Of a DNA stretch of 64,000 nt, positions 1 through 8,614 are shown one piece after another. The translations under genes were made by a program, and so were the position numbers. Position 1 is the stretch's first letter, and every line of letters starts with the position of its first letter. The notes beneath the pieces are model-generated. The model saw only the letters and a program-made list of their open reading frames with translations, ran no database searches and was not told the origin of the DNA. The stretch comes from an uncultured Acidobacteriota bacterium (lineage in GTDB: Bacteria > Acidobacteriota > Thermoanaerobaculia > Multivoradales > JAHEKO01), in the NCBI GenBank assembly GCA_963713825.1, contig CAVQNG010000025.1, positions 672,001 through 736,000 on the forward strand, in the 5' to 3' direction.

Positions 1-2
1 TG

Positions 3-212
3 ACGGAATGCTCCATGAGTGACAATCTGGCGCTGGAGTTGCCCGCAATCGAGTTTGTTCGTCCCCGCAGTCTCTGTCCTCACATGAAGCTGATCACCCT
101 ACCCAAGATCGCCCAGGCACTGCAGGCCCTCGAGCCGAGAGTCGAGGTGCCAGCAGCGATCGCTGCTGGCGCCAGACAGGCCCTTCAGGCGATGCTCGGT
201 GTGAGCCGGTAG
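3..212 (+). CDS. nadA: Quinolinate synthase NadA, C-terminal part (truncated by window start)
   Basis: Frame reads TECSMSDN...LCPHMKLITL, the NadA C-terminal signature with the Fe-S ligand Cys. Confidence 0.85.
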   Translation, partial: TECSMSDNLALELPAIEFVRPRSLCPHMKLITLPKIAQALQALEPRVEVPAAIAAGARQALQAMLGVSR

Positions 213-288
213 CATATTTCTCGTGCCGTGGCGCCGCCGTGTCGAGAGTGTTCGTACCCCCGGGGCGATCGTATAAACTCGGGCTCCC

Positions 289-1212
289 GTGTCCGACTCT
301 CTGGTGCAATTAGGCAAGAGCTCTACTGGCGGATCTCGAAGACAACCCCGCCCAGAGTGGCTGCGCATCCGGCTCTCGACGCCGCAGCGCTATCACGAGG
401 TCAATGGTCTCGTCGAAGGCTTGAGCCTGAACACGGTCTGTCAGGAGGCTCGATGTCCCAACATCTACGAGTGTTGGGGCGAGCACGGTACGGCCACGTT
501 CATGATCCTCGGCGATATCTGCACACGCCGCTGCGGCTTCTGTGCCGTGACATCGGGAAGACCCCGACCCGGGGTTGAGGCGGCCGAGCCGGAGAACGTG
601 GCGCAGGCCGTCGCAGCGATGGAGTTGAGGCACGCGGTCATTACCTCCGTCGATCGGGACGACCTGGACGATGGCGGAGCGACTCACTTCGCCGATGTTA
701 TCGAGGCCATCCATCACCGAACTCCTCAAACAGCCGTTGAGGTCCTGACACCCGATTTTCGGGGCGTCCCGGGGGCGTTGGACATCGTTTTGGCTGCGGC
801 TCCGGAGGTCTTCTCCCACAACATGGAAACGGTCCCTCGGCTCTACCGAACAGCGAGACCTGGTAGCCGCTATGAGCGTTCTCTCGGATTGCTCGAGTCG
901 GCGGCTGAGCGCCAGAACCGGGGAGAGTTCTCAGGGCGCCTGAAGACAGGGATCATGGTTGGGCTCGGTGAGAGTCCGAATGAGGTTCGGGAGACTCTTC
1001 GGGAGATCCGACAGACCGGTGTCGAGATCTTGACCATTGGCCAGTATCTGCAGCCGACTTCAGCCCATCTGCCGGTGGAGCGATGGGTCCACCCCGACGA
1101 GTTCGCGAGCTACCGTGACTTCGCCCTGTCTCTCGGGTTCGATCACTGCGAATCCGGGCCTCTCGTGAGAAGCAGCTATCACGCCCACGAGCACGTGGCC
1201 GCCTCTGGTTGA
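289..1212 (+). CDS. lipA: Lipoyl synthase (radical SAM)
   Basis: CQEARCPNIYEC auxiliary-cluster motif, CTRRCGFC radical SAM motif, C-terminal RSSY. Confidence 0.97.
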   Translation: MSDSLVQLGKSSTGGSRRQPRPEWLRIRLSTPQRYHEVNGLVEGLSLNTVCQEARCPNIYECWGEHGTATFMILGDICTRRCGFCAVTSGRPRPGVEAAEPENVAQAVAAMELRHAVITSVDRDDLDDGGATHFADVIEAIHHRTPQTAVEVLTPDFRGVPGALDIVLAAAPEVFSHNMETVPRLYRTARPGSRYERSLGLLESAAERQNRGEFSGRLKTGIMVGLGESPNEVRETLREIRQTGVEILTIGQYLQPTSAHLPVERWVHPDEFASYRDFALSLGFDHCESGPLVRSSYHAHEHVAASG

Positions 1213-1215
1213 AGA

Positions 1216-2190
1216 TCAGGTCAGGCCGGCGTTGGAAGCCAGTTTTCTTGCTCGCCTGCCTGCCCGCCAGCTGACACACCACAGTCCGGAGGCGATCAGG
1301 GCGAAGCCGATCGCTTGGCGCCAGGTCAACAGCTCGGAGAGAAAAATCCTCGACAGCAGGGCCGTCAGAAGTGGCTGGAGCGTGGTGTAGGCAGCAGCCA
1401 ACAGAGCAGAAGATCGTTGGATGGCCCATGAGTTGATCAGGTAGCTCAGCGCGGTTGGGAAGATCAGGATGAAGAGGATGCCCATCCAGGTAGAGCTGGA
1501 GAGAGTACTGAGCGAGGTGCGAGCAAGAGTGCCACCACCGACAGCGACGACCCCGAGACTGCCGAACAAGAAAGCGCCGGCGATGACCGTTTGCCATGGA
1601 AGCTGGCGCAGGATCGGGCGCTGCAGGACCAGGAAGGCGGCAAAGCTGAGGCCGTTGATCAGGATCAGCAGGTTTCCGATCAGGGTGCCGTCGTCGAGAG
1701 AAAAGCGCATCGGGTCGAGGATCACGAGGGCGCCGCAAATCGCCAGGATGACTCCTACAAGGCGGTAGGGTCCGATGCGCTCGAGGCCCAGGAGAGCGGC
1801 CACACCAACCGCGAAGGCTGGTACTGACGTCATCAGGATGGCCGCGTTGGTCGGGGTGGTGTAGCTCAGTCCGACGATGAACAGGACCTGGTTGAGGAAG
1901 ACACCCAGGAAACCAAGCAGCACCAGCTTGGGCAGCCACCGGAGATCGGGCCACCTGGCACCTCGTCGGGCCGCGATGATCAATAGGACTGGCGTCGCGA
2001 AGAGGACTCGGAGGCAGGCAAGAGCCAGGGGAGGAACATCTTCCAGAACCATCTTGCCGACAACATGAAGGCCACTGAAGCTGGCTTGTACAGCCAGCAA
2101 GGCCAGGTGCAAGGCAAAGAGGCCCTGCCAGCCGGAATCGTCGATGGATGAAGTTTCGTCGGGATGGACGGCTCCGTCTGAGTCTTGCAT
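1216..2190 (-). CDS. DMT/EamA family transporter
   Basis: About 10 hydrophobic helices in two EamA-like repeats (GLSYTTPTNAAIL; FLSE...QAIGFALIASG). Confidence 0.9.
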   Translation of the reverse strand: MQDSDGAVHPDETSSIDDSGWQGLFALHLALLAVQASFSGLHVVGKMVLEDVPPLALACLRVLFATPVLLIIAARRGARWPDLRWLPKLVLLGFLGVFLNQVLFIVGLSYTTPTNAAILMTSVPAFAVGVAALLGLERIGPYRLVGVILAICGALVILDPMRFSLDDGTLIGNLLILINGLSFAAFLVLQRPILRQLPWQTVIAGAFLFGSLGVVAVGGGTLARTSLSTLSSSTWMGILFILIFPTALSYLINSWAIQRSSALLAAAYTTLQPLLTALLSRIFLSELLTWRQAIGFALIASGLWCVSWRAGRRARKLASNAGLT

Positions 2191-2418
2191 GCTCTGATCC
2201 CGAAGTGCCGGCCGAGGATCCTGTCCAGCGTTGGCGCCAAGATTGTGACCAACTTCTGCTGCCTTGGCAACGGCTCTTCGATGGTCCTACGTCTTGTGAT
2301 GCGACCAAGGCATCGTGTCGGGGTCGGTTTGCGCGGCCCATGGCTAGCGGCTAGAATCGTCGCGGTTTCAAAGCTGTCAATTCGGGTCTATCGACCCATT
2401 TAGGAGATTACCCAACTC

Positions 2419-2868
2419 ATGACCGAGTCAGAGACCACAGTGCTCATTCGCCAGTTGGAAGACACAGATATCGGAGGCATAACGGCGCTCGACGAGAAGA
2501 TCGGTGGTGAGTACCGACCCGAGGTTTGGGAGCGCCGGATCGGCTACTATCTGAGACGGGACCCCGAAGCGCAGGTCGTGGCGGAAGTCGATGGCAGGCT
2601 CGCCGGCTTCATGCTCGGCGAGGTGCGGTCCGGCGAGTTCGGCCTCGAGGAGCCGACGGGATGGATCGAGGTGATGGGTGTGGATCCAGACATGCGCGGC
2701 CAGGCCATCGGCAGACAGCTGGCGGAGCAGATCCTGCACCACTTTCAGAGTCAGGGTGCCTCGAGCGTTCGGACTCTGGTCGATGAGACGATGACAGAGA
2801 TTGCTGGCTTTTTCGACAGCTTGGGCTTCGAGCCCGCTCCGTTGCGCTCTTTCGTCAAGAACCTGTAG
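2419..2868 (+). CDS. GNAT family N-acetyltransferase (possibly BadL-like)
   Basis: Acetyl-CoA motif A VDPDMRGQAIG, C-terminal FFDSLGF, internal GEFG motif; RBS AGGAG upstream. Confidence 0.85.
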   Translation: MTESETTVLIRQLEDTDIGGITALDEKIGGEYRPEVWERRIGYYLRRDPEAQVVAEVDGRLAGFMLGEVRSGEFGLEEPTGWIEVMGVDPDMRGQAIGRQLAEQILHHFQSQGASSVRTLVDETMTEIAGFFDSLGFEPAPLRSFVKNL

Positions 2869-2912
2869 CTGAACCGATTCGAGCCCTGGGCCAGGAGGCC
2901 GGGAGTTATCCC

Positions 2913-4244
2913 ATGAATGTGACCAAGACCTACATACCGAAGAAATTCCATCAGGCGGTCGTCAAATGGCAGGAGACGTATCTGCCCGACTTCGACTTCC
3001 TGCTCGACAACTGGGACAAGTACTTCCCGCAGGACACCCAGTTCGAGCTTTGCGCGTTTCGCGAGATGGGAATGTGCAACGAGATCGAGTGTGGCGACCA
3101 GAAGGGCAAGGCCAAGTTTCAGCACGCTGCCGAGATGGAGCAGCAACAGGGCGGCCATCTATTGGGTGCCTTGAAGGCGCAGGCGAGCACCGAGTTCGGC
3201 TCCATTCAGCAGCACCAGCTGACACTGGCGAGGGCTCAGGAGGAAGAGGAGCAGTTCTGGATCCTGCGAATGATGGCCGAGGAGCTAAGACACGGCTACC
3301 AGATGTTCCATCTCCTGCTGGAGGATGACTGGAGTGACGTCACCGACCAGTCGGGGCCAGAGATGGTGGAAGAGATCCTCTCGATGCAGACGGGCTCCCA
3401 CATCCTGGGAGCTTTCAACATCGATTTCGACTCGTTCATCGACAATGTGACGTTTTGTGCCCTGATCGATCGGGTGGGGAAATACCAGCTATCCATGCAG
3501 CGGATCAGCGCCTACAAGCCGATGGCCGAGAGCATGCCGCAGATGCTTCGGGAGGAGGCCTTCCATTTGGCGGCAGGGGTCGTGCCGCTGCGCCGCTGGA
3601 TGGAGAAGGCGGCCCAGGATTCGGTCTACATCACCACTCAGGACATCCAGAAGGCGATCAACAAATGGCTCCCACGGGGCCTCGAGATGTTCGGAGATGA
3701 ACGGGGCGGTGGCACCAACGTGCGCTACGGGCTCAAACCGATGAAGAACGCCGAGGCGCAAGAGCAGTACTACCAGGAGGTGGGCAAGGTCGTTCGCGAT
3801 TTGAACATGCGCTTCATTCGGGCGCGACTGCCCGAGCTTTCGCTGTCCAATGCCGAAGCTCTGCTCGAGAAGCTGTTGGCGGATGGTGGAAACAGTCAGG
3901 GTATCTCCTGGGAGGACCTCGTTCACATGCCCCACAGGAATTTCTTCAGGCGGCGCGGCGTACCCGCCTTCGAAATGGTGGGCTGGGACGGCGAGGTGTT
4001 CGACGATGCCGAGGCCTACCTTCGACATCTGAAGACACACCTGCCGGACGGCTACCGGGCAGGTCGGGACTTCAAGGATTACGCGCAGATGATTCACCGG
4101 GTTCACGCTGGAGAGCTGACCCGGGATGAAGCGGCCCGAACGATGCCGAGTTTGCGGCGCGTGGGGGGTGTCTGTCCGTGCTCTCGTGCGGTAAGGTGGG
4201 TGGCGGAGGAGCCTGACGCAATCGTCTCGGGCGGCAGTGTGTAA
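2913..4244 (+). CDS. Ferritin-like diiron enzyme, divergent BoxB/PaaA (aryl-CoA epoxidase) family
   Basis: QASTE, EELRH, IDRVGKYQL, EEAFH and MPHRNFFR mirror the BoxB motifs QGDTE, EEGRH, TDRDGKFQL, EEAHH and LPHKGFHR (recalled, not aligned). Confidence 0.8.
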   Translation: MNVTKTYIPKKFHQAVVKWQETYLPDFDFLLDNWDKYFPQDTQFELCAFREMGMCNEIECGDQKGKAKFQHAAEMEQQQGGHLLGALKAQASTEFGSIQQHQLTLARAQEEEEQFWILRMMAEELRHGYQMFHLLLEDDWSDVTDQSGPEMVEEILSMQTGSHILGAFNIDFDSFIDNVTFCALIDRVGKYQLSMQRISAYKPMAESMPQMLREEAFHLAAGVVPLRRWMEKAAQDSVYITTQDIQKAINKWLPRGLEMFGDERGGGTNVRYGLKPMKNAEAQEQYYQEVGKVVRDLNMRFIRARLPELSLSNAEALLEKLLADGGNSQGISWEDLVHMPHRNFFRRRGVPAFEMVGWDGEVFDDAEAYLRHLKTHLPDGYRAGRDFKDYAQMIHRVHAGELTRDEAARTMPSLRRVGGVCPCSRAVRWVAEEPDAIVSGGSV

Positions 4245-4302
4245 GCGACTCGCTGAGCGGCCCCCGAACCTATCGAACTAACCCTGACAACGGAGCGGAA
4301 CC

Positions 4303-5208
4303 ATGAGTCTGTTTGGCCGGCTCGTAGTGACGACTTTGCCCCTTGTACCCAAGCCCGTGGTGGGGAAAGTCGCCTCACGGTACGTAGCAGGGGAAACACT
4401 GGACGAAGCGCTAGAAGAGGTGCGCAAGCTGAACGCCCAGGGTGCTGTTGCCACCATGGATGTATTGGGAGAGGAGGTCAGTGAACGACCCAAGGCGGAG
4501 GCTGCGGTCGAGGAGTACATTCGCCTCTTCCAGGCCATCGAATCTTCGGGTGTCGACTCGAACGTCTCGATCAAGCCGACGCTTCTGGGCTTGAAGATCG
4601 ACGAGGGCTTCTGCCGCGACAATATCGAGCGCATCGCCTCGACAGCCGCGACGATCGGCAACTTCGTGCGCATCGACATGGAGGACCATACCTGCACCGA
4701 TGCCACGCTGCGGATCTATCAGGACCTGCAGCCCAAGTACGGCAACCTGGGTGTCGTCTTCCAGTCCTACATGCGGCGCACTCTGCAGGATATCGAGGAG
4801 ATGCCGGAGTCGGGCAGCAATATCAGGCTCTGTAAAGGCATTTACATCGAACCCAGAAAAGTCGCCTGGAAGGGCTATGAAACGGTGCGGTACAACTTCG
4901 TGGCTGCCTTGGAGAAGATGATCCACCGAGGCATCTACGCCGCGGTCGCAACCCACGATGAATATCTGGTCTGCGCGGCCGTGGCCCTTCTCGAGCGCCA
5001 CCAGGTGCCCCACGATCGCTACGAATTTCAGATGCTCCTGGGAGTCGACGAGGAGCTGCGACAGATCCTGATCGACGCCGGGCACCGGCTACGGGTCTAT
5101 GTGCCGTACGGCAAGGACTGGTACCCGTATTCGACTCGGCGGCTGCGAGAGAACCCCGAGATGGCCATTCACGTCATGCGAGCCATGCTCGGAGTGCGCA
5201 AGCAGTAG
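4303..5208 (+). CDS. Monofunctional proline dehydrogenase
   Basis: RYVAGE, RIDME, RLCKGIY, ATHD, EFQMLLG, YVPYG...WYPY..RRL.E motifs. Confidence 0.93.
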   Translation: MSLFGRLVVTTLPLVPKPVVGKVASRYVAGETLDEALEEVRKLNAQGAVATMDVLGEEVSERPKAEAAVEEYIRLFQAIESSGVDSNVSIKPTLLGLKIDEGFCRDNIERIASTAATIGNFVRIDMEDHTCTDATLRIYQDLQPKYGNLGVVFQSYMRRTLQDIEEMPESGSNIRLCKGIYIEPRKVAWKGYETVRYNFVAALEKMIHRGIYAAVATHDEYLVCAAVALLERHQVPHDRYEFQMLLGVDEELRQILIDAGHRLRVYVPYGKDWYPYSTRRLRENPEMAIHVMRAMLGVRKQ

Positions 5209-5318
5209 CCGATGACGATAGAATTCCAAGCAATGGGGAAGTTGCTGTAAACTTTGCTACGCAATTGACTTAGGGGGATGTTTCATTCTTTTCCTTCGCT
5301 CTCTGGTGGAGGTGGTCC

Positions 5319-6014
5319 ATGCCAGCTGTAGATGATGTCAAGGTTCTGAACCAAGTCGGGCTGTTCGAAGGCCTGAGCACCGAAGATCTCAATCGTCTCA
5401 ATCTCCTGTTGCACAAGCGTGCCTTTGCGACAGGGCTCAACATCATCACCGTGGCTCAACCCGGTGATCTGGTCTACGTGCTTCTCGACGGCACCGTCAA
5501 GATCTATGTCGATCAGTTGGATGGCTCCGAGGTCATCCTGGCCTTCCTGGGCCCCGGCGACACCTTTGGAGAAATGAGCATGGTGGACACGGCGGGGCGC
5601 TCGGCCAACGTCATCGCGCTGGAGGAGTGCAACTGCTTGATCATGGATCGCAACGCCTTCTATCAGTGCCTCAAAAGCATGAAGGGACTGAGCTACAACC
5701 TGGTTCGGCTCCTGAGTCGGCGACTGCGCCTGGCCAACGAGCAGATTCAGGCGCTGTCGACCCTCGACGTACGGGGCAGGGTGGCCCGTCAGCTGTTGGC
5801 TTTCGCGCAGCAGTACGGCGAGTCCGATCCTTCGAACAACGTGCGAATTCCGCTGCGACTGACGCAGACCGATGTGGCGGCGCTGGTCGGTGCATCGAGG
5901 GAGAGGGTCAACCAGGTCATCGTCGACTTCAAGGACAGCGGCTTCATTTCGGTAGACCCATCTCACCGGTTCACGGTGCACGACGTCCAGGCGCTGGTCG
6001 GGCGCTGTCAGTAG
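5319..6014 (+). CDS. Crp/Fnr family transcriptional regulator
   Basis: cNMP-binding FGEMS...RSA and HTH TQTDVAALVGASRERVN. Confidence 0.93.
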   Translation: MPAVDDVKVLNQVGLFEGLSTEDLNRLNLLLHKRAFATGLNIITVAQPGDLVYVLLDGTVKIYVDQLDGSEVILAFLGPGDTFGEMSMVDTAGRSANVIALEECNCLIMDRNAFYQCLKSMKGLSYNLVRLLSRRLRLANEQIQALSTLDVRGRVARQLLAFAQQYGESDPSNNVRIPLRLTQTDVAALVGASRERVNQVIVDFKDSGFISVDPSHRFTVHDVQALVGRCQ

Positions 6015-6037
6015 TTTTCCAGTCAACTCAGAAATTG

Positions 6038-6067
6038 GACATCTTCGACGCTCGGGTCGAAGATGTC
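6038..6067. terminator. 12-bp perfect hairpin downstream of the crp-like gene (terminator-like, no U-tract)
   Basis: GACATCTTCGAC-GCTCGG-GTCGAAGATGTC. Confidence 0.5.
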
Positions 6068-6203
6068 GTCCCTGTGTGGGCAGAGCTGGGCTTTGCTAGA
6101 CTTTCGCTCCGCCCATGTTCCTCGATCCTCGCTATCTCTGTTCTCCGCAGCTGCCCACCACCTGGGCTCGGCGGATCGTCTAGGCGCGCCTGGGGAAGAC
6201 CAA

Positions 6204-7928
6204 GTGCTGCGAGATCTACAGGTCCGAAATCTGGCGGTTCTCGAAGATGTCGCGATCGAGTTCGGTCCCGGCTTGAATGTCCTTACCGGAGAAACCGGTG
6301 CCGGCAAGTCCATCGTGGTGGATTCGCTGGCGCTACTGGCGGGAGTGCGGGCAACCGGTGAGCTGATTCGGTCGGGAGAGCAGGTTCTTTCCGTCACGGG
6401 TGTGTTCGAGCCGGAAGGCGAGCAGTGGCGCCCGATCCTCGAGCAGGCGGGCTTGCCCTGCGATGCGGATGAACTGGTCGTGCGACGGGAGATCAGTCGG
6501 GAAGGGCGCAACAGAGTCTTTGTTCAGGACCAACCGGTCACCCTTGCATTGCTCACACGACTAGCGCCTCAGCTGATACGGATACATGGCCAGCGCGAGG
6601 AATTGGGCCTCGTTTCGGCGCCACTGCAGCGCCAATGGCTCGATCGATCCGGTGGCGATGACGCCACCGAGCCGCGGCGTCGGGTCGAGGAGCAATTCGG
6701 TCTTCTTCGCGAAGTAAGTGCGAGACTCCAGCGCCTGCAAGGCGACGATCGATTGCGCCAGGAGCGACTGGACCTGCTGCGCTTTCAGAGTGGCGAGATC
6801 GACGCTGCCAGGCTGCAGGCTGGCGAAGAGCACGGTTTGAGGGTTGAAAGGGACGTGCAGCGTCATGTCGAGGCTATCGGCGCCGCCCTTGGAGAGTCGC
6901 TCGCGGCGCTGTTCGAGGAGGACAGCTCCGCCTCCGAGAGACTCTCGATGGCAGCTCGCAGGCTCGCTGAGATCGCGGAGTGGGAAGAACGGGCTGCTCC
7001 GTGGTCGGAGGAGCTCGAAGCGATGTCCATCGGGCTGCAGGAGATGGCCCATGGAATCCGACAACGGCTCGACTCGTTGGAGGCCGACCCAGAGCGGTTG
7101 AACGACATCGAGGAACGCCTTGCGGTGATCGAGCGGCTGGTTCGCAAGTATGGGCCGACGACGACGGCGGTGCTCGACTACCGTCGGCAGATCGGTGATG
7201 AGCTCGAGGAGCTGTTGGGAGATGTGGAGCAGGGGGGAGAGTTGGAGAATCAGCTGCTCGAAGCCCTGGAGGAGTTTCGCCAGGTGGCCACGGACCTGTC
7301 GCATCGGCGCCTCGAATGGGGCCGGCTACTGGCGGCGCGGGTGCACCGGGAGCTGCGCGATCTGGCGATGCCCAAAGCGCGCTTCGACGTCGAGCTGTCG
7401 AGACGACGACACGAAGGCAGTCGCCTCGAGATCGACGGCGAGCCGGTGGATTTCTCGGTGAACGGCTTTGACCAGGTGACTTTCAAGCTGGCTGCCAACC
7501 CGGGTGAGGAGATGCTGTCGCTGGCCAGTAGCGCCTCTGGGGGTGAGCTGTCGAGGATCTATCTGGCACTGCAACTGGCCGTACGAGGAGAGGGTGCTGG
7601 AGAGGTGCCGACTCTGGTCTTCGACGAAGTCGATGCCGGTGTCGGTGGTGCCGAAGCGGCCATTTTGGGCAGCAAGCTCCAGAGCCTCGCTGTTGGCGGT
7701 CAGATTCTTGCCGTAACTCATCTGGCGCAGGTGGCCAGCCATGCCGATCGGCACTTCAGGGTCAGCAAACGAGTCAGCGAAGGACGTACGGCCACCATGG
7801 TCGACGCCTTGGCGGAGCCCGAGAGGGTCGAAGAGGTGGCGCGGATGCTGGCCGGCAAGCGGGTGACCTCGTTGTCTCGCTCCCATGCCGCAGAGCTCAT
7901 TTCTTCAACCGTACGGGAGGAGCCATGA
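6204..7928 (+). CDS. recN: DNA repair protein RecN (start moved to GTG 6204)
   Basis: Walker A TGETGAGKS, IHGQ, signature ASGGELSR, Walker B FDEVD, THLAQVA. Confidence 0.96.
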   Translation: MLRDLQVRNLAVLEDVAIEFGPGLNVLTGETGAGKSIVVDSLALLAGVRATGELIRSGEQVLSVTGVFEPEGEQWRPILEQAGLPCDADELVVRREISREGRNRVFVQDQPVTLALLTRLAPQLIRIHGQREELGLVSAPLQRQWLDRSGGDDATEPRRRVEEQFGLLREVSARLQRLQGDDRLRQERLDLLRFQSGEIDAARLQAGEEHGLRVERDVQRHVEAIGAALGESLAALFEEDSSASERLSMAARRLAEIAEWEERAAPWSEELEAMSIGLQEMAHGIRQRLDSLEADPERLNDIEERLAVIERLVRKYGPTTTAVLDYRRQIGDELEELLGDVEQGGELENQLLEALEEFRQVATDLSHRRLEWGRLLAARVHRELRDLAMPKARFDVELSRRRHEGSRLEIDGEPVDFSVNGFDQVTFKLAANPGEEMLSLASSASGGELSRIYLALQLAVRGEGAGEVPTLVFDEVDAGVGGAEAAILGSKLQSLAVGGQILAVTHLAQVASHADRHFRVSKRVSEGRTATMVDALAEPERVEEVARMLAGKRVTSLSRSHAAELISSTVREEP

Positions 7929-8614
7929 AGCCTCAGACCGCGGTGTGGAAATGGGGTGATTCGCTGGAGGGAGTCCGGGAGACCCTGGCCGCAGGAGGGA
8001 TGCTGGCGATACCGACGGAGTCCAGCTACGCCCTCGCGACCAATCCGAGAAGCCAGGAGGGGGTGGATGGTGTATTCCGGTTCAAGGCGCGATCGGCTGA
8101 CAAGCCGTTGCCAGTGGTGACCGGAAGCTTGGAGCAACTCGCCGAGCTGGGCATCGACATCCAGGACCCTCGGCTTCGGATGCTGGCTAGCCTGTGGCCG
8201 GCACCGCTGAGCGTCGTGGTACCGATCGTCCGACCCTTGCCTGCGACTGGTTGCAGCCGGTCGCTGGCGGTGAGGATTCCGGACCACCCACGTCTGGTCG
8301 AGATGCTCACTCGGCTCGAGACTCCCTTGACGGCGACCAGTGCCAACAGGAGCGGCGAACCGCCCGTCTGTGACTCGGTCGAGATGGCTCTACGATTGGC
8401 GGGCTGGCGGGCAGTCGTCGTCGATGATGGACTCCTGGCTGGTGGCCTGCCTTCCACGATGGTGGCCCTCGGTTCAGGGGGACTCGAGGTGTTGCGAGTC
8501 GGTCGCTACCCGGTAGGTTTGCTGCGGCAACGACTGGCGGAGCTGGGTTGGAGCGCGGGCTTTTCCGCAACGGTTGCGGAAAAGTCTGCGGATCGCCCCG
8601 CGGGAGCCCGATGA
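7925..8614 (+). CDS. tsaC: L-threonylcarbamoyladenylate synthase (YrdC/Sua5 family)
   Basis: PTESSYAL, K.R..DKP, AVRIP, TSANRSG. Confidence 0.9.
   Translation: MKPQTAVWKWGDSLEGVRETLAAGGMLAIPTESSYALATNPRSQEGVDGVFRFKARSADKPLPVVTGSLEQLAELGIDIQDPRLRMLASLWPAPLSVVVPIVRPLPATGCSRSLAVRIPDHPRLVEMLTRLETPLTATSANRSGEPPVCDSVEMALRLAGWRAVVVDDGLLAGGLPSTMVALGSGGLEVLRVGRYPVGLLRQRLAELGWSAGFSATVAEKSADRPAGAR

Noticed and set aside
6100-6204. LexA box upstream of recN
   Set aside because: The GTTC repeats are 19 nt apart rather than 7, and no other SOS box consensus is evident.
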